DNA of 51,452 bases from Octopus bimaculoides (GCF_001194135.2 NC_068984.1:56452240-56503691); one strand, 5' to 3'. Shown: positions 35,201-46,705, numbered from the stretch's first letter. Numbers and translations: made by a program. The notes: generated by a model not told the origin, from the sequence alone.

Positions 35201-37716
35201 TGCAATAGCTGATGCTATAGAGATAAAAAGTACTTTATGGCAGAATGCTGTTTTGTGCCTAGGTTTTAACTAAGATAATTCAGAAATGCACTTGGTCAAA
35301 AGTGTCAGCATTATAACTCCAGCTTCTCCTATCCTTAAGTCAATAAGTTTGTACTTTTCTAAGTCATATATCTCTTACTACAAAGAGTCAAGCAATCAAT
35401 TTTTTTTCTTTCTTATACTTATTTCAGTCAGTCATTAGACTGTGGCCATGCTGGAGCACTGCCTTGAAGAATTTTTAGTTGAATGAATCGACCCCACTAC
35501 TTATTAAAAAATTTTTTTTTGCTAGGCCTGTTACTTATCCTGTTGGTCTCTTTTGCCAGATCTTTAAGTTATGGCGACATAAACACACCAACACTGGTTG
35601 TCAAGTGGTGGTGGGGTACAGACACACAATCACACACACATATATGACAGGTTTCTTTCAGTTTCTGTCTCCCTAATGCACTCACAATGCTTTGGTCAGT
35701 CCAAGGCTATAGTAGAAGACAGTTGTCCAAGGTTCCAAATTTCTTATTTATTTCACACGTCCATGATACAAATATTAATGTAATTATTCAAGTCAATAAT
35801 ACTGATAAATAATTTTCTCTTCTATTCTGCAGGTATTTCTGAAGAATACAAGCCACCATTTTGGGATGTTGTTCCAAGCGATCCTAGTTTTGAGGATATG
35901 AGAAAAGTAGTTTCTGTTGATCAGCAACGACCCATAATTCCAAACAGATGGACTACTGATCCTGTAAGTATATTTTAGGTTCATAGAAAGCTTTGAGATG
36001 TATTACAGCATTCAAGTTTTGTGCTTCACTACAGTCAATATCTTTCTGGATCAGTGTAACCAGTACCAGTGCTATAATGAGATTGTGAATCAGTAATACC
36101 ATCAGCTTTACAAAAGTAGACAAACAATGTAGGAGCCTCTATGCAGTTGCTCACTTCTAGATACAGCAGTCAATCTCCTTCAGTTGTGCATAAACATAAA
36201 AATGACACATTGGATAATTTTTACTTCAGAAAGATATTAGTGTTCTGAGTTCAAATCTCAATGGAATCAGTTTTGCTTTTTCTATTCATCCAGAGTCTGT
36301 AAAAATAAGTCTCTATATGCAGGTGTTGATTCATTTAAAACTTTGTAAAAAAAAAAAATCATTGATTTTGTGTTCTGTGAAGTACCTACAATGGAAGAAA
36401 CAGGCTGTCAGATTAACATACACATGTAACAGTTTGTGTACTTTAAATTATGCTATTACATTCTTGAAATCACTGTTCACTGAAATTATGCAATATATTA
36501 CTTTGAAGCATCTTAAACTAATTCAAATGATTTCAGATATTTTGGAGATGGAGTTATATATCAATTATATATATTAGTAACAATGGCAGTATTAATGCTG
36601 AAAGGTAATATTTATCCCACTAAAATGTGGATGTTCTGTTAAATGGACTATACTGTGGTACATATCATGAGAGAAGTTCTCATTGGCTTTTGTATATCTC
36701 CCTGCTAGTGATATAAACAAGAGTGCATTTTGCACCAAAAACCAGTATGAAAGCTTTTCTCATGGTATTTACCACAGTAAAGTTTGTTCTTACAGACCAT
36801 CCATGTTTAAGTGAAGATAGCCATAAAAGTCATGCCTCAACGGATAGCTGGAGTCTGGACAGCTCCCTGTTAGCCAGCTCTATGTCAAGCCATCCTACAC
36901 ATACCAGTCTGGAAAGCGGACATGACCATTAAACGATGATGATGATGGTCTAATATATCTTAAGAAACCATTTTTCTATTTTACTTGTATATCATTCTTT
37001 AATTGGTTTCTCTGTGCTAGAAGTGGGAGACAAATTTCCTTCAAATCACACCCAACCATGTTAAAAGGAAAAGTATATTTAATAATATAGCTCAGGTACA
37101 GTATTCCAGACAAAAAAACAGGCTGCACATAGCTTGTGTTCCTATGATTGTATGTTTGCTTGATCAAAGCTAATTTGGGTTATGCAACAAAAGAAAATGC
37201 TGAAAAAGAGGTAATCCAAAAATCGTACACACACACACACCAATTATATACTCTGAAGATTGCTTCCAGGTTCATTTTTCTCCTAGATGTGTTATGTACC
37301 AAATTGATTATTTGTACTTATATTGTTCTATGAATATATTAGTATCTAATGAAAGTTATGAATGTCTGTATAAACCACAGTTGTTGACTTTTACATGTTT
37401 TACAACTCCTGTATATCATAGATAACCATCTCTGGTACTTATTACCAACTAATTGGTGTGAAGACAAGTAAACAGTTCAAGACATTGCTTGATCATAAAT
37501 TTCAGATTTTATATTTAACGTTGTTTTAATAAATGCATTAAAATCTTTGGAGATCTTTTTTAAAGAATAATGTCAATATTTTTGTTGCAGATTCTCAACC
37601 AGGTGGGCAAATTAATGAAAGAATGCTGGCGCCATGAACCCAAAGCCAGACTGTCGATGCTGCGTGTTAAGAAGAATTTACAGCGTTATATGAATAAACC
37701 TGAAGATGACAATTAA
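14107..37716 (+). CDS. ACVR1: BMP/activin type I receptor Ser/Thr kinase, ALK1/2 (ACVR1/saxophone) class, spliced CDS (first exon uncertain)
   Basis: All introns are GT-AG with consistent phases. Domain order: Cys-rich ectodomain ending CCxxxxCN, TM helix, GS box [11 protein letters not shown], kinase with [27 protein letters not shown]45 loop [11 protein letters not shown] is the sax/ALK1/2 type. Confidence 0.93.
16206..16531. mobile_element. hAT-type MITE with perfect 8-bp TSD
   Basis: Termini CAATGGTTCTAAAC / GGTTGAGAATTACTA resemble CAGTGGTTCTCAAC; TSD CTTTAGTT at 16198-16205 and 16532-16539. Confidence 0.8.
17255..17690 (+). mobile_element. Old RTE LINE 3' fragment with (GAT)n tail
   Basis: Decayed [16 protein letters not shown]...RKTWDE ORF end followed by the 3'UTR and GATGATGAT. 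Confidence 0.7.
18250..18317 (+). CDS. ACVR1: Ectodomain exon 1: (S)[22 protein letters not shown]
   Basis: Long poly-T tract plus AG, donor GTAAGT at 18318, phase 1 to phase 0; CxC..C..C pattern. Confidence 0.9.
20772..21443. mobile_element. MITE-like element with ~105-bp terminal inverted repeats and an internal tandem duplication; relative at about 36586-36780
   Basis: 21340-21443 is the reverse complement of 20772-20880. Direct-repeat units begin AGCAGTATTAATACCAAA at 20751 and 21098. Confidence 0.7.
22646..22866 (-). mobile_element. Young RTE LINE 3'UTR/tail
   Basis: (CAT)nTTAACGTCCGCTTTCCATGCTAGCATGGGTTGGACGATTTGACTGAGGACTGGTGAAACC, near-identical to the copies at 26446 and 40241. Confidence 0.85.
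23005..23185 (+). CDS. ACVR1: Ectodomain exon 2: [60 protein letters not shown]
   Basis: ccttctttacAG acceptor, GTAATT donor at 23186, phase 0 to phase 1; CFSS...QKGC...ECCxxxWCN resembles ALK2. Confidence 0.95.
23596..23779. mobile_element. Small hAT (Charlie-like) MITE
   Basis: TIRs CAGTGCTCCTCAAC / GTTGCAGAGCACTG; flanks AATTAGAC / ACTTAGAG (6/8 match). Confidence 0.65.
26135..26331 (+). CDS. ACVR1: Transmembrane/juxtamembrane exon: (A)[35 protein letters not shown]...SSLK
   Basis: tttcattaaacAG acceptor, GTAAGC donor at 26332, phase 1 to phase 0; hydrophobic helix followed by a basic stop-transfer cluster. Confidence 0.95.
26446..27008 (-). mobile_element. Young 5'-truncated RTE LINE (ORF C-terminus plus full 3'UTR)
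   Basis: Minus strand reads [57 protein letters not shown], then the 3'UTR and (GAT)n tail. Confidence 0.9.
29674..30907 (+). mobile_element. Full-length degenerate mariner (DD34D-type) transposon
   Basis: TIRs TTGGGTTGGCAAA..AGTAAT, TA at the right flank; motifs [35 protein letters not shown] across broken ORFs 29853-30831. Confidence 0.93.
31608..31707 (+). CDS. ACVR1: GS-domain exon: [33 protein letters not shown](G)
   Basis: gtgtttttacAG acceptor, GTAAGT donor at 31708, 100 nt, phase 0 to phase 1. Confidence 0.97.
32590..32807. mobile_element. piggyBac-like MITE (second copy at 41356-41574 in opposite orientation; partial copy near 15180-15345)
   Basis: Termini TTTAGCATT / AATGCTAAA with TTAA-like flanks; shared internal sequence. 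Confidence 0.55.
33042..33662 (+). CDS. ACVR1: Main kinase exon (subdomains I-IX)
   Basis: ttttgatttcAG acceptor, GTAATT donor at 33663; (G)KGRYGEVW...VAVK...HRDIKSKN...GDLGLA...GTKRYMAPE...[11 protein letters not shown]. Confidence 0.98.
35833..35963 (+). CDS. ACVR1: Kinase exon: (G)[43 protein letters not shown]
   Basis: tctattctgcAG acceptor, GTAAGT donor at 35964, 131 nt. Confidence 0.98.
37591..37716 (+). CDS. ACVR1: Terminal coding exon: [41 protein letters not shown]
   Basis: ttttgttgcAG acceptor; conserved MKECW..P.ARL..LR.KK; TAA at 37714-37716. Confidence 0.97.
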   Translation: MLNQVGKLMKECWRHEPKARLSMLRVKKNLQRYMNKPEDDN

Positions 37717-37879
37717 TTACTATAAATAAGACTTTCCAATATAACACTTGTCAGAGACTTAACAGCTGTGTACTTTAGAGAGGCAGATTCTGTACACACG
37801 GTCATTGCTGACATGTGTACAAGTGTGTATGCATTTACGCTTACATTTTTACAAACAAAAATATGAATTCAGATACACT

Positions 37880-38491
37880 CTGTGGGTATACATATGTATG
37901 AATACATGAGTGAAAGGGAGTGTATGTGTGTGTACATAGCATGCATGTGTGTGTGCGTATATATACATACACAAACATCTATGTACATGTGTATTATATA
38001 TTTGTGTGTTTATGTATACACATGTATATATATGTACTTATGTGTGTGCATGTATATATGTATAAATATATATATATATATATATATACACACAGACACA
38101 CACAAATGCATGCATGCATATCTGCATGTGTACATGCATATTGTGTGGGTGAATGCATATATATATATATGTATATATACACACACACACACACACAGAT
38201 ATGCATATCTAAATATATAATCTATACAGACAGACCTCATTCAGCAATATTTTTGCGATACATCATTAGTTTCATAGTTTTTATTAAACCAATCATCAAT
38301 CTTGTGAAAGGATTCATTCACACATGTTGTCTATTCCTTTTCATTATATTAACTTTTTTTTTTTACATATTTTTTAGTCATTGAACACTTGTATAAAACC
38401 TGAATAATGTTTGATTCATCCCTTTCCTTCCCTACTAACCGTATTTTCTCCCACCCATAAGATATATATATATATATGTACCTCTCTCTCT

Positions 38492-38540
<49 letters not shown>

Positions 38541-38590
38541 CCATTTCAGTAGAGAATTATGTGTGCATTTTCTCATGTGAGTGTGTGTGT
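37880..38590. repeat. (TG)/(TA)/(CA) compound microsatellites directly downstream of the stop codon (probable 3'UTR)
   Basis: Directly visible. Confidence 0.85.
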
Positions 38591-38825
38591 TTTTGCGATA
38601 CAAGTTTGAAGCTGATAAACTCTGAATGTTTTCCCTTGGCAGGTAGGTATGGTCATTTCAAAGAATTTTTTCACTAATATGCAGTCATTTTAAATCTGCA
38701 ATTATTTGCATTTTCCTTCATTAGTATTTTTCTGTTTTTGTTGATATGTATGTACATGTGTAAGTATACATACACAAACACACATATACATGTTTATATA
38801 TGCATATTATGTATTTTCATATATA

Positions 38826-40106
38826 CAGGGTGTCCTAAAATTAAGGCAAGGAACTTTTTTCAATTTTGCCGAAGCAAAATATTGTTGTATTTTGGGTCTG
38901 ATCATTGCAATGCAATGGTAAAGGAAGCACAATTATGACACAACCACATCTTTTTGATATGACCACCTATGTTTCGAATCACAACCTTAAGTCTAAGTGC
39001 AAATGCTTCACATGCAGTACACAGCTGTTCTTGGAGAATCAAAACCCATTCCTGGTACAGTTTTGCCTTCAAAGCATCTAGCAAAGCACAAGCAGTGCTC
39101 TAGACCCACCCTCATCTCCAAAATGGACCAAACAAAAAAGTTCAATGGGTTAACATTGGGGCTTCTTGAGGACCATACATCCTTGCCTTTGAACAGCAGA
39201 ATGTTTTTCTGAATCCAGTGTTGTGAATGTTTGGTGCAGTGGGATGGTGCTGAGTCCTGTTGGAGGCTCAAAAGTGCACCTTGAAAGCATTCATTCACCC
39301 ATGGAAGCAGTTCAGCTTCCAGAATGTTGCTAATGTATTGCTGGGTGTTAATTTTAACACCTGAGAACACAAAAATGAGGTGAGACCTTCCAGTGGCTGT
39401 CACAGCTGGCCAAACCATAACTGACTGTGGATTTTGATGTCGATTTATGAGTCTACGCTTGACGGAGCTAGATACGCTCCAAAGTCGGTCATTCTGGTGG
39501 TTTACTGTCTATTTGATGTCAAATTTCTTCTCATCAGTGAGCACTAGGTTGGGCAACATATTTTCAACAATCTGACGCAGGATAAGATGATTTCTCTCCA
39601 GTCTCATGGTCTTATAAACTTGCATGAGCTCATGACAGCTGATCATCTTGTAGGGAAGGGTCCTGAGTCTCTCCTTCAGCACTTGATACATTAATGTTTG
39701 GTTTACTTTTGCTGTGGCAACTAGTTTTCTGACAGAACGACAATGATTTCGCCATGTCTTTTCTCTGGTACTTTTGATAAGCTGAGGGGTCTGCACACTT
39801 CTTTTTCAGCCACGTCCAGGTCGATCAGTGGAAGCACCAGTCACTTGAAATTTCCTGACAATTTTCCAGGCTGTTGTTTGGTTAATTTTAAGCTTTTTGC
39901 TATAGCTGTATTACTTTCACCTCCTTTGTAGAGAGTTATGATTGTATTTTAATCTCTAACTTAATTTATAAATCTGAATTTATTTAGTCTGAAATTAAAA
40001 AAATGACGCAGTAATCATTTATAATGATGTATAATTTTCATATCTTATATTTATTTAGAGTTATTAAACCCCAAAACTTAGGTTGGCTTAATTTCGCGAC
40101 ACCCTG
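38826..40106 (-). mobile_element. Full-length degenerate maT (DD37D) Tc1/mariner-superfamily transposon
   Basis: TA-flanked TIRs CAGGGTGTC...AAATTAAG at both ends; minus-strand ORF pieces with TDEKKFD, MVW, QQDSAPSH and SPNVNPLNF; 37 residues between QQD and the third catalytic position. Confidence 0.9.
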
Positions 40107-40240
40107 TATATATATATATATGCGTGTATCTCTTTCTCTCTGTATTTGTATATATAAATNNNNNNNNNNNNNNNNNNNNNNNNNNNNNNNNNNNNNNNNN
40201 NNNNNNNNNNNNNNNNNNNNNNNNNNNNNNNNNNNNNNNN

Positions 40241-40547
40241 GTACCGCCTGACTGGCTCCTGTAGGATTTTCGAGCGAGATCGTTGCCAGTGCCCCTGGAC
40301 TGGCTTGTGCGGGTGGCACATAAAAAACACCATTTCGAGCGTGGCCGTTTTCGTGCGGGTGACACGTAAAAGCACCCACTACACTCTCTGAGTGGTTGGC
40401 GTTAGGAAGGGCATCCAGCTGTAGAAACTCTGCCAAATCAGACTGGAGCCTGGTGTTGCCATCCGGTTTCACCAGTCCTCAGTCAAATCGTCCAACCCAT
40501 GCTAGCATGGAAAGCGGACGTTAAACGATGATGATGATGATGATGAT
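40241..40547 (+). mobile_element. Young RTE LINE 3'UTR/tail (5' part hidden in an N gap)
   Basis: Reverse complement of the 26446 and 22646 copies; ends TTAAAC(GAT)n. Confidence 0.88.
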
Positions 40548-42087
40548 GTGTATCTCTTTCTCTCTGTATTTGTTTATATAAATGTAGGTGTGTGTATGTG
40601 TATATATATACACATACAAGCGTTATGCTAATTGCATCTGTTTGTTTTTTACACCACCTGTCTTCGTCTTTTGTTTTTTTGTGAATTCTCCCTATATATA
40701 TATATATAAACATGTATATATATATATGTGTGTTTATACATATATATAGATGCAGATGTGTGCATGTGTATAGTATGTATACACACACATAAATATATGT
40801 GTGTGTGTATTGCAATTTTTCAAATCCGAGATCATTGTCTTAATATCTATCCCCATATAACAGACAATGAGGTTCCTGCTTTATGTTCATAATTTTTACT
40901 CATTACAATCATGTTCATATCTTTCTTTAATGACCTTTTTGAATTGATATTTGTTGACATACAGTCTCCCTTCTTAAACAATTTTTTTAAAAAAACTGTC
41001 ATATGAATTTAAACTAATATCTAAGCTATTTCTATAATTTCCCTGAATTGAAACAGTAATTTGAGTGGCTAATTTGAAACCCTAATGTTTCAATGTGGAG
41101 GTTCCAAACTTTTTTCTTGTAACATCACCTTTTTAGTGACTTGCTTGGTATAAAATAGATTTCATAAGTAATAAATATATTTCCAAACATACAATCATAT
41201 AAGTACCTAACCCTTTTTATACCAACCTATCTAAGACATCTCCTGTTTCTATGATACAACATCATTTAAAAAAAACGTTTATACAGTATTTAGATTAAAA
41301 CTTTCCATCATAATTTTATGTAAACTCATTTTTATGTTTTGTTCTAAACACCAGCTAAACTCTTTAGCATTTCAATTGGCCATACCCAGCCTAAATATTC
41401 TACCTGTTTTATGCCAGATCTGACCTCTCACACCTACGCTACAATGTCATTCTAAAAATATACAATCACATCGTCAAAATCTCAGAGCTATGGGATATAG
41501 TATGATTAATTTCAAACAATATAAGTAAATAAGTATTACATTTGATAGAGTAATCTGAATGCTAAAAAGTTAATAATGACAAAGATATTTTATTAAATCC
41601 ATCCCACCCACCAAGTCTTGACATATTTTCAAAATTAATGGTATCTCAGTACATTTGATTTAGAATATGACCATGAAATCGAGATACTAATGTTGATATA
41701 GCCATTGTTGAAGTGAATATAATGTCAACTCAGTTATTGCGTTGTCCTGGTTGTTTAGCACAATTCAATTGGACCTAGACATGGCCTGGACCTGTACTGG
41801 CCAAAACTTATCAAAGTTATATTTGAAGATGACCATATTGACTTATTAGGTGTATTCAAATCTACTTCCACCAATGTATCCTTCCTTTTTAAAAACAGAG
41901 TTTGATTTGATAAACATATAAATTATATATAATATGTATCAGATTGAGTCACTAAATTGAAATATATGCTCTGCACCATGCGGTATTATTCTTCATGGGT
42001 CTATATTCTTAAATATGTCATTAGAGTTTACCTCAGAATTAGGTTATTCATAACATGAGGTTACAGTTGATGTAAAGTATAATGTTA

Positions 42088-42689
42088 TATACATTATTTA
42101 CATTTGACAGATATTTATCCTCTTCTTGTCTGTTGTTGACACAATGTTTCAGCTGATATATATACCAGGTGTCTTGGGGAAATTTTGAACCTGGGTTCTC
42201 GTTCCTAAGGTATTTTTCGATGTTATTATTATTATTATTATTCAGGTCACTGCCTGTAATCGAACTCAGAATCTTGGAGTTAGTAGCCTGCACTCTTAAT
42301 TACTACAACATATGCCCGTGGGCAATTATGAAGTGAAATTTTAAGGCTTTAATATTTTCCTATCCTTCCGTAATACCAGTTCCCATATGCTATTCATATC
42401 TGCACTTGGTCTGTTTAGGAGGTTGTATTCTAGCATATGTGCTGCTGCTTTTAGTTTTCATGTTTTCTAGTGGTGTTCTACAGACAGAGAACACGGAAAC
42501 TAAAAGAAGCAGCACATATGCTAGGACACAACAACCTCCTAAGCAGACCGAGTGCAGATATGAATAGCATATGGGAACCGGTATTAAGGAAGGATAGGAA
42601 AATATTAGATTTATAAGCCCTAAAAATTCATTCCATAATTGCCCACGGGCTACTAATCCCAAGATTCCAAGTTCGATTCCAGGAAGTGA

Positions 42690-42720
<31 letters not shown>

Positions 42721-42872
42721 GACATTTAAAAGTACCTTAGGAATGAGAACCCAGGTTCGAATTTTCTCCAAGACTGAAAGGCTGGAGTGTATATCAGCCA
42801 AAACGTGTTAACAACAAACAAGATGAGGACAAATATCCGTCAAATGTAAGTAATGTAAATAATGTACATAAT
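42088..42872. repeat. ~790-bp palindrome (two ~380-bp arms, 17-nt loop at 42469-42485), each arm containing a tRNA-like/SINE unit
   Basis: Arms are reverse complements, including the (TAT)n/(AAT)n tracts and the B-box GTTCGATTCC. Confidence 0.9.
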
Positions 42873-42969
42873 TCCTCATCTCTTAAATATAGAATTGTAT
42901 AATGTTAGATATATTTAGATTTAATAAACCAAGCGAGGAAGTTAATCTTTGTATTACAACACACAGATC

Positions 42970-43000
<31 letters not shown>

Positions 43001-43055
43001 AATATACACATATAACTAAATACATACACACACACACAGACATACATATATAAAC

Positions 43056-43398
43056 ACTAGCAGTATAGCCCGGCGTTGCCCGGGATTAAGCTAGGATTAT
43101 GAAATGGTGAAGTGCTTTATTTCAAACCAAAAGAACTCTGACATCAGATTTGAGCGAAATCCGTTGAAATTGGTTTAGCTGAAAATGGTTTGCTGGCAAT
43201 TTGATTGTGAAATCCCTTAAGGAATTAGTTTATCAGTTATTTCCACTCATTGACTGCTTTTTTTTAAGTTGCATTAGAGATCTGCATAGGAGAAGGTTGA
43301 TCTGAAGGTTTGCATTGGGGATCTGGATTGGAGCAACTTAGGAAAACTCACAAGTGAAATGATGACATAGATATATATGTCTTTCCTTTTATATCAGA
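43056..43398 (+). mobile_element. Short Helentron/DINE-1-like element (tentative)
   Basis: Starts ACTAGCAGTATAGCCCGGCGTTGCCCGGGA, matching the start at 357; inserted in a TA/CA tract. Confidence 0.4.
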
Positions 43399-46239
43399 TT
43401 GTAGGCATACTAGGGTACCAATTTGAAAGAATTAGTCAATCAAATTGACTCCTGTACTTTTGTTTTTTAAGTCTAGTACTTATTATATTAGTCTTGGTTT
43501 GCTGAAATGCTAAGTTACAGACACAAACAAACTCACACCATTTGTGAGTTGGTGGGACACACACATATTCATGATGGGCTTCCACACAGTTTCTGTTTAC
43601 CATATCCACTCACAAGGCATTAAATAATCTGGAGTTATTGTAGAAGACCTCTGCCCAAGGTGCTGTATAGTGAAGCTGAACTCAAAACCACATGGTTTCA
43701 GAGTGAATTTCTTAGCTTCATTGCATTGCTTCAATATCTAATACTTTGACTCACTAAAGATAGCAACCAAATTTCCCTGAAATCACACTTGACATCTTGA
43801 CAAAAAGAGTGACATGTTAGATAATCTGGTTATTGACACACTGAGTAAAAGACTGGATGGTCATAGCTCTATTGCCTGTGATCTTAGGTCTGCTCAAGGA
43901 TATCCTGTGATTAAACAACAGCTTATATATATATATTAAACTAGTGATAACATTATTACATCCTTAACATGTCTCGTAATTTCAGTCATCCTCAAGATTT
44001 TTCAATCATTTGTATTCATCAATTGCTTTGATTTATATTTCTCATTGTTTGCATCAGTCATCACATCAATGCAATTTTACCATTTTAATATGTTATCCAT
44101 TTTACCGTTTGATACAACAACCATTCGGTTACATGCTTGAATGACAGTGTTGTTTTGGGTCAGTTTAATGAAATCTCCATTATTTTTAACAAAATAAATT
44201 TTTTTTTTAGTTTCCTTTTATTTATTTTTGTAATGTTTATTTTATTTTCTCTTTTTATTCTTTCTTTTTTTTTTTTTTGTTTTTAGATAGATAATGATGT
44301 CTTATATCATGTTCAAAGTTGCTTTTAATATCTTTTGTCATTCAGAACATTTATCCAGATTTAACTGCCATCCACTTCTAAACTTTATACATTTAATTCT
44401 TATGGGATTTTAATATTTCATAAGGATTATGCATCATCATAGAAAATGTATAACTTTGTAATAAAAATGAAAAATGCTGTAATTTCTTCATTAATTCTTC
44501 CATAATTTCTTTCCTCTTTTGTTTCATGGATATATGATCTTATTTTTATAAAATCATGAATGTTTAAGTGAATTAGACTGCTTACAAAACCTGGTAGAGA
44601 TAGACTGTTATTGTTATTTTTATTATTTGTGCTTCCACATTTTAAATGCTAACTGTATATTGCTTTTCACTAACCTTTAAAAGTTGTTGATATTGAAACA
44701 AGAGGATCAACAAAGACCTACTTTTGTCTCAGCAAACCCTTATTTGAAAGAAAAGCAAAAATAAAAGAAAAAAATAACTTTCCATTAATACTTTTTCTTG
44801 TGCTTTTTAACCTTTTCTTACAAGTTGTAGTGTATAAGAAGCTTATTGTTTTTCTGCCTAATAACCAAGCAAAATTCAGTAAAATTACTAATTGATGTTT
44901 TTTAATTGAAAATCTCAAAAATTTAATTGGTTGGGATTTACTTTTAAAATAAAATATCAGTTAGATAATTAATTAGAAATAAACTTTACTTTTTAACTAT
45001 CTTTTTCTCCTTTTAATTCACCTATAATAATTCTTTCTGCTATATGCACAAAGCCTGAAATATTTTTATTGGATGAGTGTGGGGATTAGTCAATTTCATT
45101 GATCTTAGTGCTGAACTGGTACTTACTTTATCGATCCCAAAAGGATAAAAGACAACCTTGGCAGTGTTTGAACTCAATGTCAAAAAAGAAGATATGCCAC
45201 TAAGCATTTTGTCTGGCATTCTAATAATTCTGCAAGCTTTCTGCCTTATTCAGTTATAATGATAACTGATTTTTCTTTAATTATTCTGATGCCTCATCTA
45301 AACATTGCATGTTAGATACATCAGAGTTTGTCATCTGAAAGAATTCATTAATTTTCATGAAGTTACATCCTGGTGTAAAACAAAAAAGAAAAAAACGTCT
45401 CACTGATAGGCAAATCTGCTTAAATAACAGTTATGTGTACTTCACTCCAGATTTCTTATATGGAATATTTACTTTTTTCCACCTGTATTGATTTCAAATT
45501 TTAACACAAGGCCAGCTTTTTGAAGGAGGGGCTAAGTCACTTAAATTGACTGCGATATTTAACTGGTACTTATATTATCAACCTCAAAAAGACAAAAAGC
45601 AAAGCCAACTCTGGCAGAATCTGAATTCAGAACATAAAGATGGACAAAATACTGCTAAGCATTTTGCCTGACATGCCAATGACTCTGCCCACTTGCCGCC
45701 TTTACTTCCACTTATATTGATATCTATACTGTGTTTCACTTCATATGTCTTGTACTAAACACATCTAGACTTTAATTTCAGTGAACTTCTCTTCCCTAGC
45801 AATGTCTTCTCACCTAATACCATTATCGTACAATTCAAATTAATATAGATTTCTAGGAACTAAACAGGTAAAAAGTTGTTCTAATTTCATTCAACTATCT
45901 CCCTGCCACTATTCCATAATGGCTTCATAGGCATTGTATTTGCTCTTCACAAATTCCAAATTCTACATTCATGATAAGTACATTTGAAATACAAGTAATA
46001 CTATAGTTAAGGCTTTCACAGATTGTCAAGTTGATGACTTGTATTATATATTCTGCTGGAAATGTATTAGTACATCATGAAAGTGATGAATGTCTCTATA
46101 AATTACAGCTAAGAAATAACTTTCATTCTATACATATATTACATGATAGTCCTTAATAATAAGAGTTAAAAAGTCCTGAGAAATAGTTTTTACATTAAGG
46201 AGTGGAACATACAATTTCCTGTAAGTCAGACTGCCTCAT

Positions 46240-46705
46240 TGTCCCAGCAGACAAAATGGAAAAGGCATTGCCCTGCAGGATGGCTAGGAAGATGAGCTGG
46301 AACAACCACTCTGACTCATCGAGCTTGCATTTGCAGACAGCCACCTCCACCTCTATAGCAGGGACCAAGAACGCCAGAGGTCTCCACTGCCACAAGCTCG
46401 ACCATAAACCTGTCAGGGAGTGACTGATACCATGACAGTTTGTTTTTCTCAGCCTGACAAGCAGCAGAGCCTGGGCTGGTAGATGAACACACAAAGTTTC
46501 TGCAGAAGATATCACAGCATGTGGCATCCCAGATGAGGGGCCTACCACCACAGAATGGGGAAATTGTCATACCATTGGGCCTTTTACTATCCCCTCAGTC
46601 TAGGCCATGCCTTACGATTTTGTGAAGAGCAACACAGTGTGGAAGATGGTCAGCACTATGACAGCATGGCAGTGGGAAGAGACCAAAAGAATCCACTGTA
46701 GATCT
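46240..46705 (-). mobile_element. C-terminal fragment of an RLE-type (CRE-like) non-LTR retrotransposon
   Basis: Minus frame TVDSFGLFPLPCCHSADHLPH...GLD*GDSKRPNGMTISPFCGGRPLIWDATCCD...AEKNKLSWY...VAVETSGVLGP, then a shifted frame WLFQLIFLAILQGNAFSIL. Confidence 0.8.
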
